Source of the DNA: an uncultured Ignavibacteriales bacterium
GTDB taxonomy: Bacteria; Zixibacteria; MSB-5A5; GN15; FEB-12
Length of the DNA: 64,000 bases
Assembly (NCBI GenBank): GCA_964464605.1
Contig: CAYXJN010000007.1
Location: 1 to 64,000, forward strand
Reading direction: 5' to 3'
Below are positions 46,798 through 57,414 of the stretch, piece after piece (the stretch's first letter is position 1; every line of letters begins with the position of its first letter). The notes under the pieces were generated by a model. That model ran no database searches and was not told the origin of the DNA. It was given only the letters and a program-made list of their open reading frames with translations. The position numbers were made by a program, and so were the translations under genes.

Positions 46798-47766
46798 CTA
46801 CTGCCAAATACGATAGGGGACACACCAAACCCGCCGTGCGGTTCCGCTTCTTATTTCCTGAAACAGCATAAGATACCATCGCGAAGTAAGGTCCGGCGGC
46901 ACATGCAAATCATATTCATAGTATCCGCTGTTTTGATTGATGGCGACGGTGCGTATACCGCCTTCTTGATTAGCCGTTATCAACAAATAATTAGAATAAT
47001 CAGGAACCAACCCCAGTTTCAAACCCAGGCTGACACTGTCATGTATTCTCAGGTACGCGGTCGTATCATTAACTTTTGCGTAGCGAAACTGTGTTCGAAA
47101 GACACTACTGTCAGGGAATACTTGTTGCGGCCATATTGCATAGGCAAATCTGCGCATGATGGCCGTATCGACATTTGTATCTCCTCGTACTTCATACGAG
47201 TTCGGCGCTGTTATGTCAAATCGTGCGGCAAGCGCGCCGTTATTAAAGGGTGAGCCGCCGTTGAAACCATAGAGTACCCATCCCGCATAATCGTTGCCGT
47301 CATCCCCGAGCTTAACAATCCACCCATAACGGGTAAGCTTTGTCGTCGACGGCGTAATGGTAGTATCCACCGAAGTCATACGAATCGTACGCATCCTGAG
47401 TTCATCTTCAATCACAACTTCTGCATCTCTCCATCCGCCACTTGGGGGATTGGGAAGAGCACCAAATTGAAACCATTTCCCTTGATCTTTGGGGGTAATT
47501 CCCATGTTTAAGTCACGAATCACGGTATCCAATTCAACGACGTATTTAGCGCCCGGGTCCCCGGCTATTGTAAACGTATCCGGAGTAATGAGGCTATCCA
47601 TTTGAAAAAAGTGCCTGCCCAAGTCGGATTCTGCAATGTATCGCCGAATCTCTTCAGCATCATCTATATAGGGCACCTCCTTTTCTTCGCAGGCGTTGAT
47701 AAAGAGCAAAGTTCCGATCACAAGAAACAGGCCGGTGAGAAAGAAAACTCTTGTATTATGCTTCAC
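46798..47766 (-). CDS. Hypothetical lipoprotein
   Basis: GTG start 4 nt after the uvrB stop; hydrophobic stretch and lipobox INAC; family not recognised. Confidence 0.7.
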   Translation of the reverse strand: MKHNTRVFFLTGLFLVIGTLLFINACEEKEVPYIDDAEEIRRYIAESDLGRHFFQMDSLITPDTFTIAGDPGAKYVVELDTVIRDLNMGITPKDQGKWFQFGALPNPPSGGWRDAEVVIEDELRMRTIRMTSVDTTITPSTTKLTRYGWIVKLGDDGNDYAGWVLYGFNGGSPFNNGALAARFDITAPNSYEVRGDTNVDTAIMRRFAYAIWPQQVFPDSSVFRTQFRYAKVNDTTAYLRIHDSVSLGLKLGLVPDYSNYLLITANQEGGIRTVAINQNSGYYEYDLHVPPDLTSRWYLMLFQEIRSGTARRVWCVPYRIWQ

Positions 47767-47770
47767 TGGT

Positions 47771-49807
47771 TTATTTCCGTTTCGTTTTTGGTTTTCCGAG
47801 TTTGTCCTGCAGGGTGCGAATTTCATCTCTGATCATCACCGCCGTTTCAAAATCCAGATTATCCGCCGCCTGTTTCATCGCTTTGAGCATAAAGGTAATC
47901 CGGTCTTCGTAACTCATCGCCTCAAAGCTGGCCGGTTTTTCAAATCCTTTCGGCTCGACAAACCGGCTGTCGGCAAAACTTGTGGAACGCAGGATTTCTT
48001 CTTTCGTTTTATAAACGGTTTCCGGGTCGATATTGTTCAACTGGTTGTAGGCCTGCTGTTTTTCACGGCGACGGGCGGTTTCTTCCATCGCTTTTCGCAT
48101 CGAATCAGTAATTTTATCCGCATAAAAAATCACTTCTCCGTTTTTGTTACGGGCGGCACGCCCGGCGGTCTGGATCAGAGAACGGGCGGAGCGCAAAAAT
48201 CCTTCTTTGTCCGCATCCATTATAGCAACCAAGGAAACTTCCGGTAAATCGAGCCCTTCACGCAGCAAATTGACACCGATTAAGACATCAAACTCAGCTA
48301 ATCGTAAATCGCGAATGATATTGGTACGCTCGATAGCATCGATTTCCGAGTGTAAATATCGCACCCGGATACCCGCTTTGCTCATATAATCAGTGAGGTC
48401 TTCAGCCATTCGCTTCGTAAGCGTGGTAACAAGTACGCGCTCCCCTTTGTCGCGGCGCTGTTTGACCTGTTCTAATAAATCATCCACTTGTGTTCGAAGC
48501 GGTTTGAGGTGAATCACCGGGTCCAAAAGTCCAGTTGGGCGAATAACCTGCTCCACAACCACGCCTCCGCTTTTCTCCAGTTCGAAATCAGCTGGAGTTG
48601 CGGACACGAAAATCGTCTGCTTTTGCATCGCTTCAAACTCATCAAAAAAGAGCGGGCGGTTATCTAATGCGGATGGTAATCTGAATCCGTGCGAAACGAG
48701 TGTCTCTTTTCTATTCCTATCTCCGGCGTACATCCCGCGAATCTGGGGAACGGATTGGTGGGATTCATCAATAATCGTAATGAACTCATCAGGGAAGAAA
48801 TCAATCAGCGTAAACGGTCGTTCCCCCGCTTTACGGCCGGTCAAATGACGGGAGTAATTTTCAATCCCGGTACAATAGCCAACCTCTTTAAGCATTTCCA
48901 GATCATACTTGGTGCGGGATTCCAGTCGCTGTGCTTCCAGCAGTTTATCCTGCGAACGAAAATGCTCGAGCTGCTCTTTGAGTTCTTTTTCAATCGCGAC
49001 AATCGCCTGTTTCAGCTGGGGCGGGCTGGTGATAAAGTGCTTGGCCGGATAAATCGCGAGTTTTTCCCGTTCTTTGATAATTTCACCGGTTAACGGCACG
49101 ATTTCGGTAATGCGGTCGATTTCATCCCCGAAAAATTCGATTCGAAAGGCATTTTCATGGTAGGCCGGGATAATCTCCAGCGTATCGCCGCGCACCCGAA
49201 AATTACCGCGCTCGAAGGCGACATCATTCCGGTTGTAGTGCACGTCGATGAGGCGATGAATGACATCTTCCCGATCAATCTGCACACCACGCTCTAAAAA
49301 GAGAAACTGCTTTTTGTATTCCTCCGGTGAACCCAATCCGTATATACAGGAAACCGAAGCGACAATGATAACATCCGGCCGTTCCAAAAGCGACGAGGTC
49401 GCCCGCAGGCGAAGCCGGTCGATGTCATCATTCACCGCCGTATCTTTTTCTATATAGGTATCAGTGGTCGGAACGTATGCTTCCGGTTGGTAATAGTCGT
49501 AATAGGAAATAAAGAACTCGACAGCGTTGTTCGGGAAAAAGGCTTTTAGCTCACCGTACAACTGTGCCGCCAACGTTTTGTTGTGGGAAATAACCAACGC
49601 GGGACGGCCATACTGTGCGATAACATTGGCGATGCTGAACGTTTTCCCCGAGCCGGTTACCCCCAAAAGGGTCTGGTATTTGTCGCCACGCTTGAGGCCG
49701 TCAAGCATCTGGCGGATAGCTTCCGGCTGGTCACCCTTGGGTGCATACTGGGAACGCAGCTCAAACGGGGTATCTACTGATGGAGTGATTTCTTTTACTT
49801 TTGTCAT
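47771..49807 (-). CDS. uvrB: Excinuclease ABC subunit B
   Basis: [42 protein letters not shown] and QTAGRAARN motifs; C-terminal UVR domain. Confidence 0.99.
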   Translation of the reverse strand: MTKVKEITPSVDTPFELRSQYAPKGDQPEAIRQMLDGLKRGDKYQTLLGVTGSGKTFSIANVIAQYGRPALVISHNKTLAAQLYGELKAFFPNNAVEFFISYYDYYQPEAYVPTTDTYIEKDTAVNDDIDRLRLRATSSLLERPDVIIVASVSCIYGLGSPEEYKKQFLFLERGVQIDREDVIHRLIDVHYNRNDVAFERGNFRVRGDTLEIIPAYHENAFRIEFFGDEIDRITEIVPLTGEIIKEREKLAIYPAKHFITSPPQLKQAIVAIEKELKEQLEHFRSQDKLLEAQRLESRTKYDLEMLKEVGYCTGIENYSRHLTGRKAGERPFTLIDFFPDEFITIIDESHQSVPQIRGMYAGDRNRKETLVSHGFRLPSALDNRPLFFDEFEAMQKQTIFVSATPADFELEKSGGVVVEQVIRPTGLLDPVIHLKPLRTQVDDLLEQVKQRRDKGERVLVTTLTKRMAEDLTDYMSKAGIRVRYLHSEIDAIERTNIIRDLRLAEFDVLIGVNLLREGLDLPEVSLVAIMDADKEGFLRSARSLIQTAGRAARNKNGEVIFYADKITDSMRKAMEETARRREKQQAYNQLNNIDPETVYKTKEEILRSTSFADSRFVEPKGFEKPASFEAMSYEDRITFMLKAMKQAADNLDFETAVMIRDEIRTLQDKLGKPKTKRK

Positions 49808-50042
49808 CTCTTTTTTGATTCGTCAGCGGGTAATATAATGCCGGATTCAGCCGCCAGCCAGCAATCACATAACACCGACACCCGGCCATTCGGTTCCGAA
49901 TGACCCAACAATAACGGTAATATAGGGTTAGCTTTCCTGTTTTCCTCTGTAGATAGGCCTTGACCCAGCCGTCAAATTCCGTATCTTTTTAAACTTTGGT
50001 AGAAATATCGCGTATAAGCGACAAGTGAAGGAAAGAAACAAC

Positions 50043-50354
50043 ATGTTGGCGACGTTTAAGATTTCCGGGTTTCAGTACACCGCGTCTGAAGGTGATGTAC
50101 TGACTGTTCCGGATCAGAATCTCAAAGATGGCGAAAAACTGAAAATTACGGAAGTAATGCTGGTTGAGGACAAAAGTGGTCCGAAAATCGGCTTACCCTT
50201 TCTGGCTAATGCCGTCGTTGAAGCAGAAGTAATCAAAAGCGGTAAAGGTGAAAAAGTACTGACCATGAAGTACAAACGGCGCACGAAGTATCGTCGTACC
50301 CAGGGTCACCGTCAGCCTGCCAGCGAAATTAAAATCACCCGAATCTCCGCCTAA
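50043..50354 (+). CDS. rplU: 50S ribosomal protein L21
   Basis: SGFQY, KGEKV and KYKRRTKYRRTQGHRQP motifs. Confidence 0.93.
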   Translation: MLATFKISGFQYTASEGDVLTVPDQNLKDGEKLKITEVMLVEDKSGPKIGLPFLANAVVEAEVIKSGKGEKVLTMKYKRRTKYRRTQGHRQPASEIKITRISA

Positions 50355-50375
50355 GACGAGGTATTTCGGACGACT

Positions 50376-52829
50376 ATGAAACTTCCGAGGGCATGGAACG
50401 CTCTCACACTGGTTGCCTGCCTATTACTCCTGTTTGCGACCCCTCGCGCACAGGAAGGACATCGTGTCGTCGATATTGTCGTTGAAGGGAACAAAATCAG
50501 TTCGAAAACGCTGATTCTTGGCTCCTCTACCATCGTCGTCGGTTCACCGTTCACACAGGTTGTTGTTTCCGAAACTATCAAGCGGCTCTACAGCCTGCGC
50601 ATTTTTTCAGATGTTCAGGTGGATGCCGAAAATGTGTCCGGCGGAGTCCGCGTCTATATCACGGTCAAAGAACTCCCGAAACTAACGGCGCTGGAATTTT
50701 CCGGCAGCGACAAGATTTCCGAAAAAGATCTCAAAGAGAAACTCGGACTCGGAGTCGGCGGCTATATTTCCCCCTATTTAGTCTACCAAAAAGGACGGGA
50801 GATCGAAAAACTCTACGCCGAAAAAGGATATTTCCAAACCAAAGTCGAGCCGAAGTTAACCTACTCGGCTGATTCCAGCGAAGCCTCCCTGGATTACCAC
50901 ATCAACGCCAAATCCAAAGTAAAAGTCGAGGACGTTATTATCACCGGTCTTAACCGGGTGAAATCACCGGACCTCGTCGGTAAAATGCGTAACCGGAGCC
51001 GCGGTATTCTTCGCACCTCTGATTTTGCTCAGGAAAAGTTCGAAGAGGACAAAGCGAAGGTTGTGAATGAAATGCATAAACGGGGATTTATCGACGCCTA
51101 TCTGATTTCTGATTCGATGTCTATCGACACCGTAAACAATCGGATGAAAATCTATCTTGATGTCTACGAAGGCCCCCTGTACTACTTCGGCACTTCCTCT
51201 TTCACCGGCAATGAAAAACTACCGAAAGAGTTTTTAGCCAAACGGCTGAAGCATGAAGAGGGAGAAATATTCAACGAAGAAAAATATGAGCAATCCCTGA
51301 CGGAGGTATACACCGGGTACCATGACATCGGCCACCTGCACGTTCGCATCGCCGATGAGCGCGTAACCCGTGCCGATTCGGTGCTGGATATTACCTATGA
51401 TATCACGGAAGGGCTACCGTCCAAGATTCGCTATGTTGCCATTGTCGGCAACAATAAGACGAAAGAAAAAGTCATTCGCCGCGAAATGCCGATTTTACCC
51501 GGGCAAACCTTTAATCGCTCACTCATCATACAAACTGTTCGTGACCTGATGTCTCTCAATTACTTTTCAAACGTCATTCCCTCTCCGATCGATTTACCGA
51601 ACGGTGACGTGGACCTCGAAATAAAAGTAGAAGAAAAGCAGACCGGTTCGGTCAGTGCAGGAGCCGGATATAACAGCCAGGACAAAGTCGTCGGCAATGT
51701 CGGAATGCAGATTCCTAATTTCCGGGGAATGGGGCAAAATGTCGCATTCAACGTTGAGTTCGGAAAGAATCGTAACTCGTTCTCACTCTCCTTCACCGAA
51801 CCCTGGTTTATGGGACGCCCGACCTCCGTGGGTGCAGATATCTATCTGACCAACCGCAACTGGTACGATGATTACACCGAAGCAAAGCAGGGCGGTTCGC
51901 TGCGTATCGGACGGCGGCTTAATTCGATCGACCGGTACTTGCGCGGCTACTTGTCATACCGAATTGAACGGGCAAAATATTATGATTTCGACCAATCGTA
52001 TCGTAATGCTGCGGCATTGACCAGAACTGTGTATGATACGACCGACGGTACTAAGATCCTCTCTACCGATACGTTGTACAGCAAAGAACTGCAGCCGGGA
52101 TCGATCGTCAATTTCGAGGATCAATGGCGCAATCTTTCAAATCTTTCTGTAACGCTTATCAGAGATTCCCGCAACCTGCCGGAATTCGCCACTAAAGGCT
52201 CGCGAGTTTCCTACACATTTGAATTTGTCGGCGGTCCGTTGGGCGGTTATTTCGAATATCAAAAACATCTGCTTTCGGCAGCCAAGTTCTACCCCATCAT
52301 CGGTAATCTGGCACTGGGAATCAAAGCCCAGATCGGCGGTATCACACGACCGCAAGGGGATGATCGCGTTTTATTGTCTGATCAATTCTCTCCGGGTGGA
52401 ACCGCCTTTGACGGAATTATCCGTGGATACGACGATGCCGATTTAGTTCCGCGACGAATAAATAGCTATACGCAAACTGAGATCACGTACAATAACGTGA
52501 CTTTAGTCACTGATACGGTTGTTATCACCGATACCTCGGTCACGGAAAATCGTGGTAACTATATGTTCGTTACCAACGTTGAATTACAGTATCCCATAAT
52601 TCCACAACAGTTATATGTGTTGGCATTTCTGGACGGTGGAGAATCATGGCTGACGCATAACCGGATCAAATTCTTTGGCGACCTGCATTGGGGTACCGGT
52701 ATCGGGTTCCGTTTGGTTATTCCCGGTATCGGAACACTCGGATTTGATTTCGGCTATCCGCTTGAAAACTTACGAGGAAAAGGTCAGAGTATAAAACCGC
52801 ACTTCCAAATCGGCACTACCTTTCGCTAA
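50376..52829 (+). CDS. bamA: Outer membrane protein assembly factor BamA
   Basis: Signal peptide, POTRA repeats (GNNKTKEKVIRRE), SFTEPW, IRGY and a terminal beta strand. Confidence 0.95.
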   Translation: MKLPRAWNALTLVACLLLLFATPRAQEGHRVVDIVVEGNKISSKTLILGSSTIVVGSPFTQVVVSETIKRLYSLRIFSDVQVDAENVSGGVRVYITVKELPKLTALEFSGSDKISEKDLKEKLGLGVGGYISPYLVYQKGREIEKLYAEKGYFQTKVEPKLTYSADSSEASLDYHINAKSKVKVEDVIITGLNRVKSPDLVGKMRNRSRGILRTSDFAQEKFEEDKAKVVNEMHKRGFIDAYLISDSMSIDTVNNRMKIYLDVYEGPLYYFGTSSFTGNEKLPKEFLAKRLKHEEGEIFNEEKYEQSLTEVYTGYHDIGHLHVRIADERVTRADSVLDITYDITEGLPSKIRYVAIVGNNKTKEKVIRREMPILPGQTFNRSLIIQTVRDLMSLNYFSNVIPSPIDLPNGDVDLEIKVEEKQTGSVSAGAGYNSQDKVVGNVGMQIPNFRGMGQNVAFNVEFGKNRNSFSLSFTEPWFMGRPTSVGADIYLTNRNWYDDYTEAKQGGSLRIGRRLNSIDRYLRGYLSYRIERAKYYDFDQSYRNAAALTRTVYDTTDGTKILSTDTLYSKELQPGSIVNFEDQWRNLSNLSVTLIRDSRNLPEFATKGSRVSYTFEFVGGPLGGYFEYQKHLLSAAKFYPIIGNLALGIKAQIGGITRPQGDDRVLLSDQFSPGGTAFDGIIRGYDDADLVPRRINSYTQTEITYNNVTLVTDTVVITDTSVTENRGNYMFVTNVELQYPIIPQQLYVLAFLDGGESWLTHNRIKFFGDLHWGTGIGFRLVIPGIGTLGFDFGYPLENLRGKGQSIKPHFQIGTTFR

Positions 52830-52861
52830 ATAAGTAACATACAGATAAAAGGAGAAACACA

Positions 52862-53395
52862 ATGAAACGAATTGTTGCCGCGCTGTTTGCCGGTATGCTT
52901 GTCTTTTCATTCTGCGCCATGATTCCGGCCTCCGCCGATGCACAGGCGCTCAAGATGGGCTTTGTGAAAGATGAACGTTTTAAGACCGAATTCAAAGGCT
53001 GGAAAGCCGCTCAGGAAGAATTGGAAACCCAGATGAAAGCATGGGAGGATGAAGTCACGACAAAACGGACAGAATTACAGACGATGTCCGATGAGTATGA
53101 CAAGCAGCGCCTGATTCTTTCCGATGAAAAGAAAAAAGAGCGCGAAGCGCAGATGCAGACCAAGTACGATGCGCTTGATTCTTTCACTAAATCTGTCTTT
53201 GGTCCCGGCGGTCTGGCTGAATCAAAGCACAAAATGCTTATTGAACCGCTTCTGGAAAAAATATCCAAAGCAATCGAAGCAGTCGCCATTCGTGACGGAT
53301 ATGATGTTATCTTCACGCTCGCCAGTATCGGATATATTAAAGACTCATACGATGTAACAGACAAAGTATTAGCCTACTTAGAAGAGAATGAGTGA
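52862..53395 (+). CDS. skp: OmpH/Skp periplasmic chaperone
   Basis: Signal peptide, KMGFV, long coiled coil, GYDVIF and DVTDKVL; bamA-skp-lpxD synteny. Confidence 0.88.
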   Translation: MKRIVAALFAGMLVFSFCAMIPASADAQALKMGFVKDERFKTEFKGWKAAQEELETQMKAWEDEVTTKRTELQTMSDEYDKQRLILSDEKKKEREAQMQTKYDALDSFTKSVFGPGGLAESKHKMLIEPLLEKISKAIEAVAIRDGYDVIFTLASIGYIKDSYDVTDKVLAYLEENE

Positions 53396-54422
53396 GCCGA
53401 TTCGCTATAGCGTCGCGGAGCTTGCGCGATTAACTGATTCACAGGTTGACGGAGATGGATCGATAACGATCAGCTCCGTCGCCCCGATTCACGCGGCGGC
53501 ATCCGGAGCTATTTCCTTTCTTGCCAATCAGAAATACGCGCATTATCTCGCGTCCAGCAAAGCATCAGCCGTCATTCTCGACCCGGCAACCCCACGACAA
53601 CATATCACTGCGTTACGCAATCCTGATCCGTACATTACGTTTGCCGCCGTCATTGATCTGTTTTACCCCTACGAACCGCATACGGCGGTTGGCATAGCCA
53701 AAAGCGCTATCATTGATGCTGACGCGCAAATCCACGCAAGCGCGCGCGTTGGTGAACTGTGTCATATACGTTCGAAAGCTGCCATTGGTGAAAGTACTGA
53801 ATTGATGTCATCGGTCTATGTCGGCAAACGTGTCCGCATCGGCAAAAACTGCCTGATTTATCCCGGCGTAAAAATTATGGATGATACGGTCATTGGTGAC
53901 CGGGTCATTATTCATGCCTCTACTGTACTCGGCTCCGATGGGTTCGGGTTTGCCCCTTCGCCGAAAGGGCATCGGAAAATCAAACAGATTGGATGGGTGG
54001 AGATCGGTGATGATGTCGAACTTGGTTCCAATGTTTCCGTTGACCGCGGGACACTTGGCCCGACTAAAATCGGACGCGGCACTAAGATCGATAATTTAGT
54101 AATGATCGCCCATAACGTCGAAATCGGCGAGCATTGTTTTATCGTCGCGCAGGTGGGAATCGCCGGTTCAACTAAAATTGGCAATATGGTAATTTTAGCG
54201 GGACAGGCAGGCTTGATAGGACATCTTGAAATCGGTGATAACGTTATCGTTGCCGCGCAATCGGGAGTTTCCCATAACATACCGGCAGGAGCAAAATGGC
54301 TCGGCAGCCCGGCGCGGGACGCAATGGAAACAAAAAGACGAGAGGCTTCCGTCTCCCGTCTTCCTGAACTGCTCAAACGCGTGAAGGCGCTTGAGAAAAA
54401 ACTCGGTATTGAAAAAGAATAG
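53388..54422 (+). CDS. lpxD: UDP-3-O-acyl-glucosamine N-acyltransferase
   Basis: Hexapeptide repeats, [25 protein letters not shown] and AQVGIAGST motifs. Confidence 0.96.
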   Translation: MSEPIRYSVAELARLTDSQVDGDGSITISSVAPIHAAASGAISFLANQKYAHYLASSKASAVILDPATPRQHITALRNPDPYITFAAVIDLFYPYEPHTAVGIAKSAIIDADAQIHASARVGELCHIRSKAAIGESTELMSSVYVGKRVRIGKNCLIYPGVKIMDDTVIGDRVIIHASTVLGSDGFGFAPSPKGHRKIKQIGWVEIGDDVELGSNVSVDRGTLGPTKIGRGTKIDNLVMIAHNVEIGEHCFIVAQVGIAGSTKIGNMVILAGQAGLIGHLEIGDNVIVAAQSGVSHNIPAGAKWLGSPARDAMETKRREASVSRLPELLKRVKALEKKLGIEKE

Positions 54423-54423
54423 C

Positions 54424-55014
54424 TTACCCGGTAATTAACTGCTGCTCCACTTCGGCAATTCGCAGCCAATTTTTTTCCATAACATCGACATTTCGTAAGA
54501 TCGCTTCGCAATCACCTGACTGCGCTGCCGCTCGGATACCGCAGAGCATTTCCCACTGATGACGATTCACCACTTTCAAATGAGCAACCTGACGGCTTAA
54601 TTCAACGGATGCATTGTTAATTGCCCCGGCTAAATCGCGCAATTGCGGATGTTCGGCATTGATATGCAAACGGGTAGCTAAATCACCGCTCGCCATTTCT
54701 TCCAAACGGGATACCATACGCTCGGTCGGCTCTTCCATTTTCCGAAGCGGCATCAACGCCAACACACCCATAGCGGTAATAGCGGCAACGACCGCTGCGA
54801 TCATGTACGGCATAAGCGTTTTGGATATCAAGACCAGTGAGTTCTCAGCCGCTGCCATACTGTTTGCGTCACCGGCCAGATTACTTTGCGAATAAATGAT
54901 AATAGTTGCGGACAGGACAATAGTTGAGCCAACCATCATACCGACTGTCCGATAAAACCGCCCGGTTCCGCGGGCAATACGCAGCATCCCCGATCCAACT
55001 GTATGAGTAGACAT
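54424..55014 (-). CDS. Two-TM HAMP-domain protein with no output domain
   Basis: GAGGAGG RBS before ATG 55014; two TM helices; PTERMVSRLEEMASGDLATRL...LRDLAGAINN HAMP pattern. Confidence 0.7.
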   Translation of the reverse strand: MSTHTVGSGMLRIARGTGRFYRTVGMMVGSTIVLSATIIIYSQSNLAGDANSMAAAENSLVLISKTLMPYMIAAVVAAITAMGVLALMPLRKMEEPTERMVSRLEEMASGDLATRLHINAEHPQLRDLAGAINNASVELSRQVAHLKVVNRHQWEMLCGIRAAAQSGDCEAILRNVDVMEKNWLRIAEVEQQLITG

Positions 55015-55142
55015 GTACCTCCTCTGACATTTTTCCAAGCAACGTACGCGTACTGCATACGCCGTCACCTCTGTAAACGGTATCTCAGGCGTAAAAGATA
55101 AGCCCTACTTCATGACAATCATTGTGCTCCCGGTGCACAAAG

Positions 55143-55178
55143 AAAAACGCCGATATAGCTTGTGCTTACCGGCGTTTT
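55143..55178 (-). terminator. Intrinsic terminator after ssb
   Basis: AAAACGCCG-N17-CGGCGTTTT inverted repeat. Confidence 0.65.
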
Positions 55179-55202
55179 GAAAGTCGATTGTACGAAAATT
55201 AC

Positions 55203-55625
55203 TCAGAACGGGAGATCATCATCACCGTTTCCGGACGGCGGCGGCGGTGCATCGGGGGCCTGGCTGCCTCCACGGCCACCTTCTCCTCCTCCACCCTGAC
55301 GGTCACCTAAAAATTGGAAATTCTGTACGACCACTTCGGAGATATAGCGTTTGTTGCCATCTTTATCATCGTAGCTGCGGTTCGAAATTCTTCCTTCGAC
55401 ATAGAGCATCCGTCCCTTGGACATATACTCTTTGATAATCTCCGCCTGTTTTCCCCACGCGACGATATTATGCCAAACAGTGCTTTCTTTTTTCTGTCCA
55501 TCCTCGCCGGTCCAATTATCGCTGGTAGCCATAGTAAAGGTGGCGACAGCTTTGCCTGCCGGTGTATAGCGAAGATCGGGGTCTTTTCCTAACCGCCCGA
55601 TCAAAATTGCCTTATTTACGCTCAT
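55203..55625 (-). CDS. ssb: Single-stranded DNA-binding protein
   Basis: VNKAILIGRLGKDP, WHNIVAW, KGRMLYVEG motifs, Gly/Pro tail and terminal DDDLPF. Confidence 0.98.
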   Translation of the reverse strand: MSVNKAILIGRLGKDPDLRYTPAGKAVATFTMATSDNWTGEDGQKKESTVWHNIVAWGKQAEIIKEYMSKGRMLYVEGRISNRSYDDKDGNKRYISEVVVQNFQFLGDRQGGGGEGGRGGSQAPDAPPPPSGNGDDDLPF

Positions 55626-55658
55626 AGTTCAGTTCCTGTTTATAGTGTGTTGGCGAAT

Positions 55659-55687
55659 AAGGTAAATGTGAAGGTTATGGCTGTCAA
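55659..55687 (-). promoter_or_regulatory. Sigma-70-type promoter of ssb
   Basis: TTGACA-N17-TACCTT. Confidence 0.6.
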
Positions 55688-55781
55688 GACTGCCTGTTTC
55701 ACATATCACATTGCACAAACTGCCTTGACAATACGTCCAAAAGAGGTCAGATTACAAAAAAGGGCTAACGAAAGGGTGTAA

Positions 55782-56507
55782 ATGTTTACACAAATGGGCA
55801 AATATGACGGTCATATCAATTTAGCATTCGGGCTGATTTTACTCATTTGCGGTTTTCTTTGTTCGTGCGAAGAAGATTCGAAAACAACACAAGCATCGGC
55901 GATACCTAACCAAGAAAGCAGAGATTCTCTTTTTGTTTATATTGGTCAAGCGCGAGTGTACTTCCGGATAGATACTACATCCCTACTCATCAAATGGAAC
56001 TCCGAACCTTCTCATGATGGCTCCAGCAACAACCCTGATGATTATCCGAATATTGGAGAACCATACTCAGATAACTTCTTTCAAGGATTTGCTTGGTACC
56101 GATTAACCGGCGAATATTCATACGATTCCTTGCTCAATGCATTCCGCGAACTTGATGCAATCAAACATGCAAATGAAGTTCTCTTTATGGAAGGAATGGA
56201 AATGCAGCAAATGGTAAGAACTTATACCTACGTCGGCGATGAAATCATTTGCCGCTTCAAAGAATCCCTGAGTGAACGACGCTTGCAATCATTGTTGGCA
56301 CGTTACCAGCTGAACATAATCGACACATTACCGTGGAATGCTAATGAGTTCATTTTACGCTTACCGACTGATGACCGCAATACAACTATTGAGCTAAACA
56401 ATGTGCTAGCTGAATGCTCCGACGTATATTGGGCAGAGCCAAACTATGCGGGAGGAATCGGGCTCGACGGTACCCAGATTCCCGGTTGTTCCCTTTTAGA
56501 TAATTGA
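55782..56507 (+). CDS. Lipoprotein with subtilase-propeptide-like domain(s)
   Basis: Lipobox LCSC; C-terminal domain VGDEIICRFK...VYWAEPNY resembles S8 protease prodomains; no catalytic domain. Confidence 0.6.
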   Translation: MFTQMGKYDGHINLAFGLILLICGFLCSCEEDSKTTQASAIPNQESRDSLFVYIGQARVYFRIDTTSLLIKWNSEPSHDGSSNNPDDYPNIGEPYSDNFFQGFAWYRLTGEYSYDSLLNAFRELDAIKHANEVLFMEGMEMQQMVRTYTYVGDEIICRFKESLSERRLQSLLARYQLNIIDTLPWNANEFILRLPTDDRNTTIELNNVLAECSDVYWAEPNYAGGIGLDGTQIPGCSLLDN

Positions 56508-56549
56508 CTTACTGCACAACGCGGCAATTCAGCTCATTTCTTTTCCCCC

Positions 56550-56578
56550 TTGCCTCGGGTACAAGCGGGAATTATCGT
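56550..56578 (+). promoter_or_regulatory. Sigma-70-type promoter of nadE, probably leaderless
   Basis: TTGCCT-N17-TATCGT, then a 7-nt gap to ATG 56586; no SD. Confidence 0.5.
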
Positions 56579-56585
56579 ATGTCCT

Positions 56586-57410
56586 ATGCCAACTGAGACT
56601 TCCGCTGTTTTTGATATCGAAAAAACTATCACCACCGCCAAGCGGTTTATTACCGGAAAACTGCTGCAAAGCGGTCTGACCGGCGGCTATGTTATCGGCC
56701 TTTCCGGCGGGATAGATTCCGCCCTCAGTGCCACACTGGCGGTTGAGGCAGTCGGCCCCGAAAAAGTGTTCGGCGTGCTATTGCCGTATCGCTCTTCTTC
56801 CCCGCAATCAGCCGCAGACGCCATGCTGTTAGTTGAAAAACTCGGCATCCAGCATCGCTTAGTGGAAATCAGCCCGATGATCGATGCGTATTTCAGCAGT
56901 ATCAGCGAAAGTAACCGTCTGCGCGCCGGAAACAAGATGGCGCGGGAGCGGATGTCGATTCTGTTTGATATCGCATCGGAAAAAGATTCGATGGTGCTCG
57001 GTACCGGCAACCGAACGGAAATTTGTCTTGGCTATACCACCTGGTATGGGGATTCCGCCTGTTCGATAAATCCAATCGGCGAGCTCTACAAATCCGAAGT
57101 GCGCTTGCTGGCAAAGCATTTGGGTGTACCGGAACCGATAATCACCAAAGCGCCGACTGCTGATTTATGGCCGGGACAAACAGATGAAGGGGAGCTTGGT
57201 GTTACCTACGAAAATATCGACCGGCTGCTAAAGCGAATCATTGATGACAGAGAAACATCGATGAGTAAGCTCACCGGTGAAGGATTCAGCGCTACCGATA
57301 TCAGCCGCGTTATCTCGCTGCATAACCGAAACGATTACAAACGCCGTATGGCCGATATCGCTCCTTTGGGCAAACCGCCGATTCCGGAACGAATTCAGAT
57401 CGCCGTCTGA
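56586..57410 (+). CDS. nadE: NH3-dependent NAD+ synthetase
   Basis: GLSGGIDSA, GNKMARERM, GTGNRTE, LYKSEV and KAPTADLWPGQTDE motifs; no glutaminase domain. Confidence 0.96.
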   Translation: MPTETSAVFDIEKTITTAKRFITGKLLQSGLTGGYVIGLSGGIDSALSATLAVEAVGPEKVFGVLLPYRSSSPQSAADAMLLVEKLGIQHRLVEISPMIDAYFSSISESNRLRAGNKMARERMSILFDIASEKDSMVLGTGNRTEICLGYTTWYGDSACSINPIGELYKSEVRLLAKHLGVPEPIITKAPTADLWPGQTDEGELGVTYENIDRLLKRIIDDRETSMSKLTGEGFSATDISRVISLHNRNDYKRRMADIAPLGKPPIPERIQIAV

Positions 57411-57414
57411 TCGG

